From the NCBI GenBank assembly GCA_963814275.1, contig CAWFCE010000002.1, positions 618,537 to 682,536 of the forward strand: a stretch of DNA of 64,000 nt. The letters are read 5' to 3'. This document shows, piece by piece, positions 62,264 to 64,000 of this stretch. The translations under genes and the position numbers were made by a program. The DNA is from Candidatus Parcubacteria bacterium. Its GTDB lineage: Bacteria; Patescibacteriota; Patescibacteriia; Patescibacteriales; UBA12075. The notes beneath the pieces were generated by a model, which saw nothing but the letters and a program-made list of their open reading frames with translations, was not told the DNA's origin and did not search any database. Every line of letters begins with the position of its first letter. Positions within the stretch are counted from its first letter, which is position 1.

Positions 62264-63718
62264 ATGGTAATTGGCAATAATATTACAAAAAAGATTAGCT
62301 GGCTTCTGATCTTCAATCTGGCTGTCAGTCTGGTTATGGCTTCAACGCGCAGAGGCCTTGATTCCGTGTATTTTAATTTTGCGCCCGCTATTTTTATTTT
62401 GCCGCTGTTGCCATTTGCCAGCGGCATTTTGCTGGTATTGTTCCAGGGTAAAAACCGGAGTTATCAATATTTACCGGTCCTCATTATCGGGTCTTTTCTG
62501 AATAGTATCGCGATCGTTTTGGTTTTGGATTTGACTGAGTATTTCCGGCATGCTTACGCTTACCGCCAGTTAATTAATATTTCAGCAATGATTGGGTTGT
62601 TCTTGCCATTATCCGGCATTTCAATTTTTGGCGGACTTGTCGGTTTGGTTATCAGGGGAACATCTGAACAATTCAAAAAACATCCCGATGCAAAAATCAC
62701 TATCGCTTTCAGAAAAATATTTGGCAGCATATTTATAGGCATCGGCGCCTTGGGCGGAGCGGTTTCTGCGGTCGTGTTTTTCGTTCTGGCTTTCAATCCC
62801 TCAAGTTCCTGGCTGGATATGATAATGGCCGATTTCAGGCTCATAGAATTACTTGGAGCAGTACTTTATTATTTATTATTAGTGTCAGCTTTATCAATCA
62901 TTCTTATTCCTCTGACGTTTTTGGCAAATTGGGGATCGAAATTATTTTTAGAAAAAAAATTTGTTAATAAAAAACTCGCTTTACGTCTGAGAATATGTTT
63001 TTATATTTCCTTGGTGATATTTTCACTGATATCAACTTATATAACATCTGAATTTAATGTCAAAACGGCGGAAATGAAAGCAGATGTTCGGGAAAGCCAT
63101 GTTGATATTAAGGATTTTAAGAGTATTTATATCTCACCCTATATTGAATTTGATGACATAGTGATCAAGCAGGGAGAAAATTTCGACATCGCAGTCAAGG
63201 GCAGCGAGTATGACCGCATCGGGTTGGATTTTGCCAAGACCGGGGATACTTTGAATATAAAAAGATCAGAGTTGGAAACATATTTTAATACCGATACCTG
63301 GACGGTAGAAAACAGTGATATTTTGTTTCGCGCCCGGAGTAAGCATTTAGCCATAGAGATAACAATGCCGGATCTTGAAAAAATTGAAAATGAGGGCGCT
63401 AATATAATTTTGGAAAATTTGGAGGCTGATAATCTGGAAATAAAACTAACTCATAGATTTAATAATATAAAAGGGGATATCAAGGTTGCGGACACCCTCA
63501 GGCTTGACGCCAGGGGCGGAATAATCAATCTAACCGGCTCGGCTAAAAATTTAATAATTAATTCCGGCGATTGCTGGATCGAGATGGATAAGCTCACGGC
63601 CGAAGAAGCGATTATTAATGCCGTTAATACCAGCCGCTTGAATGTCTATGTCACGGATAATATGGAAGTGCGGTCCGGCGCAAATTCCGGCATTGTGAAT
63701 TATTTTGATGAATTATAA
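62264..63718 (+). CDS. polytopic membrane protein with C-terminal DUF2807/GIN-like beta-helical domain
   Basis: About 230 aa of TM segments. Then repeated LxIxxxGxxxI strings (LEIKLTHRFNNIKGDIKVADTLRLDARGGIINLTGSAKNLIINSGD). Confidence 0.55.
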   Translation: MVIGNNITKKISWLLIFNLAVSLVMASTRRGLDSVYFNFAPAIFILPLLPFASGILLVLFQGKNRSYQYLPVLIIGSFLNSIAIVLVLDLTEYFRHAYAYRQLINISAMIGLFLPLSGISIFGGLVGLVIRGTSEQFKKHPDAKITIAFRKIFGSIFIGIGALGGAVSAVVFFVLAFNPSSSWLDMIMADFRLIELLGAVLYYLLLVSALSIILIPLTFLANWGSKLFLEKKFVNKKLALRLRICFYISLVIFSLISTYITSEFNVKTAEMKADVRESHVDIKDFKSIYISPYIEFDDIVIKQGENFDIAVKGSEYDRIGLDFAKTGDTLNIKRSELETYFNTDTWTVENSDILFRARSKHLAIEITMPDLEKIENEGANIILENLEADNLEIKLTHRFNNIKGDIKVADTLRLDARGGIINLTGSAKNLIINSGDCWIEMDKLTAEEAIINAVNTSRLNVYVTDNMEVRSGANSGIVNYFDEL

Positions 63719-63729
63719 AATATAAAATC

Positions 63730-64000
63730 ATGAAAAAATTAGAGCATCTTATTTATATTGTAATTCAGGCTTTTCTCTGGCTGCAAATTTTGATTTTTTC
63801 TACTTATATTGTTTACCCAAAATCGGTTGTGGCTGGCAATGACGCGGAAGGATGGCTCAGGGAATTGGCGGACTACCACCTAGGCATGCAAAAAATATTC
63901 TTATTGTACTCTCTCGTTTTATTAATCATATTTTTTGTGTTGTTATGGGGTGGGCGAAGGGCAAAAATACTTTATTTTTACCCGGCGCTTGCCGTTTTTA
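63730..64000 (+). CDS. membrane protein, partial (3' end off window)
   Basis: ATG 63730. Hand translation MKKLEHLIYIVIQAFLWLQILIFSTYIV... is open to the window end. Confidence 0.45.
   Translation, partial: MKKLEHLIYIVIQAFLWLQILIFSTYIVYPKSVVAGNDAEGWLRELADYHLGMQKIFLLYSLVLLIIFFVLLWGGRRAKILYFYPALAVF

Overview
The gene content and protein style suggest a CPR/Patescibacteria-type bacterium; this is inference from the sequence only, with no database search. The window has three parts.

(1) 1-35.9 kb holds a comF gene, a TolB-like gene and one very large type IV pilus (T4P) super-locus. The locus order is pilM, pilN-like, pilO-like, pilB, a stand-alone receiver domain and pilC. Next come three tandem paralogous secreted proteins with a tail-fibre-like motif, then two pilins. 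A roughly 15 kb glycan-synthesis block follows: two Wzy_C/O-antigen-ligase-like TPR proteins, GT4 x2, GT2, a GT-C-like protein, a split AsnB and six methyltransferases. After that come pilD, an 878-aa repeat protein at the position PilY1 occupies in other T4P clusters, and four minor pilins.

(2) 36-45 kb is housekeeping: ligA, gatC, gatA, a DsbA-like protein without its CxxC, tRNA-Ser, rpmG, an AI-2E transporter and tRNA-Trp. These genes are interleaved with unusual low-complexity hairpin and tandem repeats, two of which sit in frame inside ligA and pilD.

(3) 45-59 kb is a markedly AT-rich accessory stretch that starts exactly at tRNA-Trp. It is closed by a perfect 21-nt copy of the tRNA 3' end. 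Internally it is subdivided by decayed tRNA-Trp-like relics, each followed by a hairpin. Its cargo includes a peptidase E-like protein, large secreted proteins, an AbrB-like regulator, rubredoxin, an ArsR/thiol-redox/permease module, TrmH and a FAD protein. A GC-rich block follows (DUF2971 gene between twin hairpins, a secreted Gmad2 protein, a LUD protein), then an AT-rich tail.

No rRNA, CRISPR array, integrase or transposase was recognised. The best candidates for new biology are: the pilin-linked Wzy_C/glycan block, the tail-fibre-like trio inside the pilus operon, the GYAWS..GWISF repeat protein at the PilY1 position, and the integrase-less tRNA-relic cassette array.
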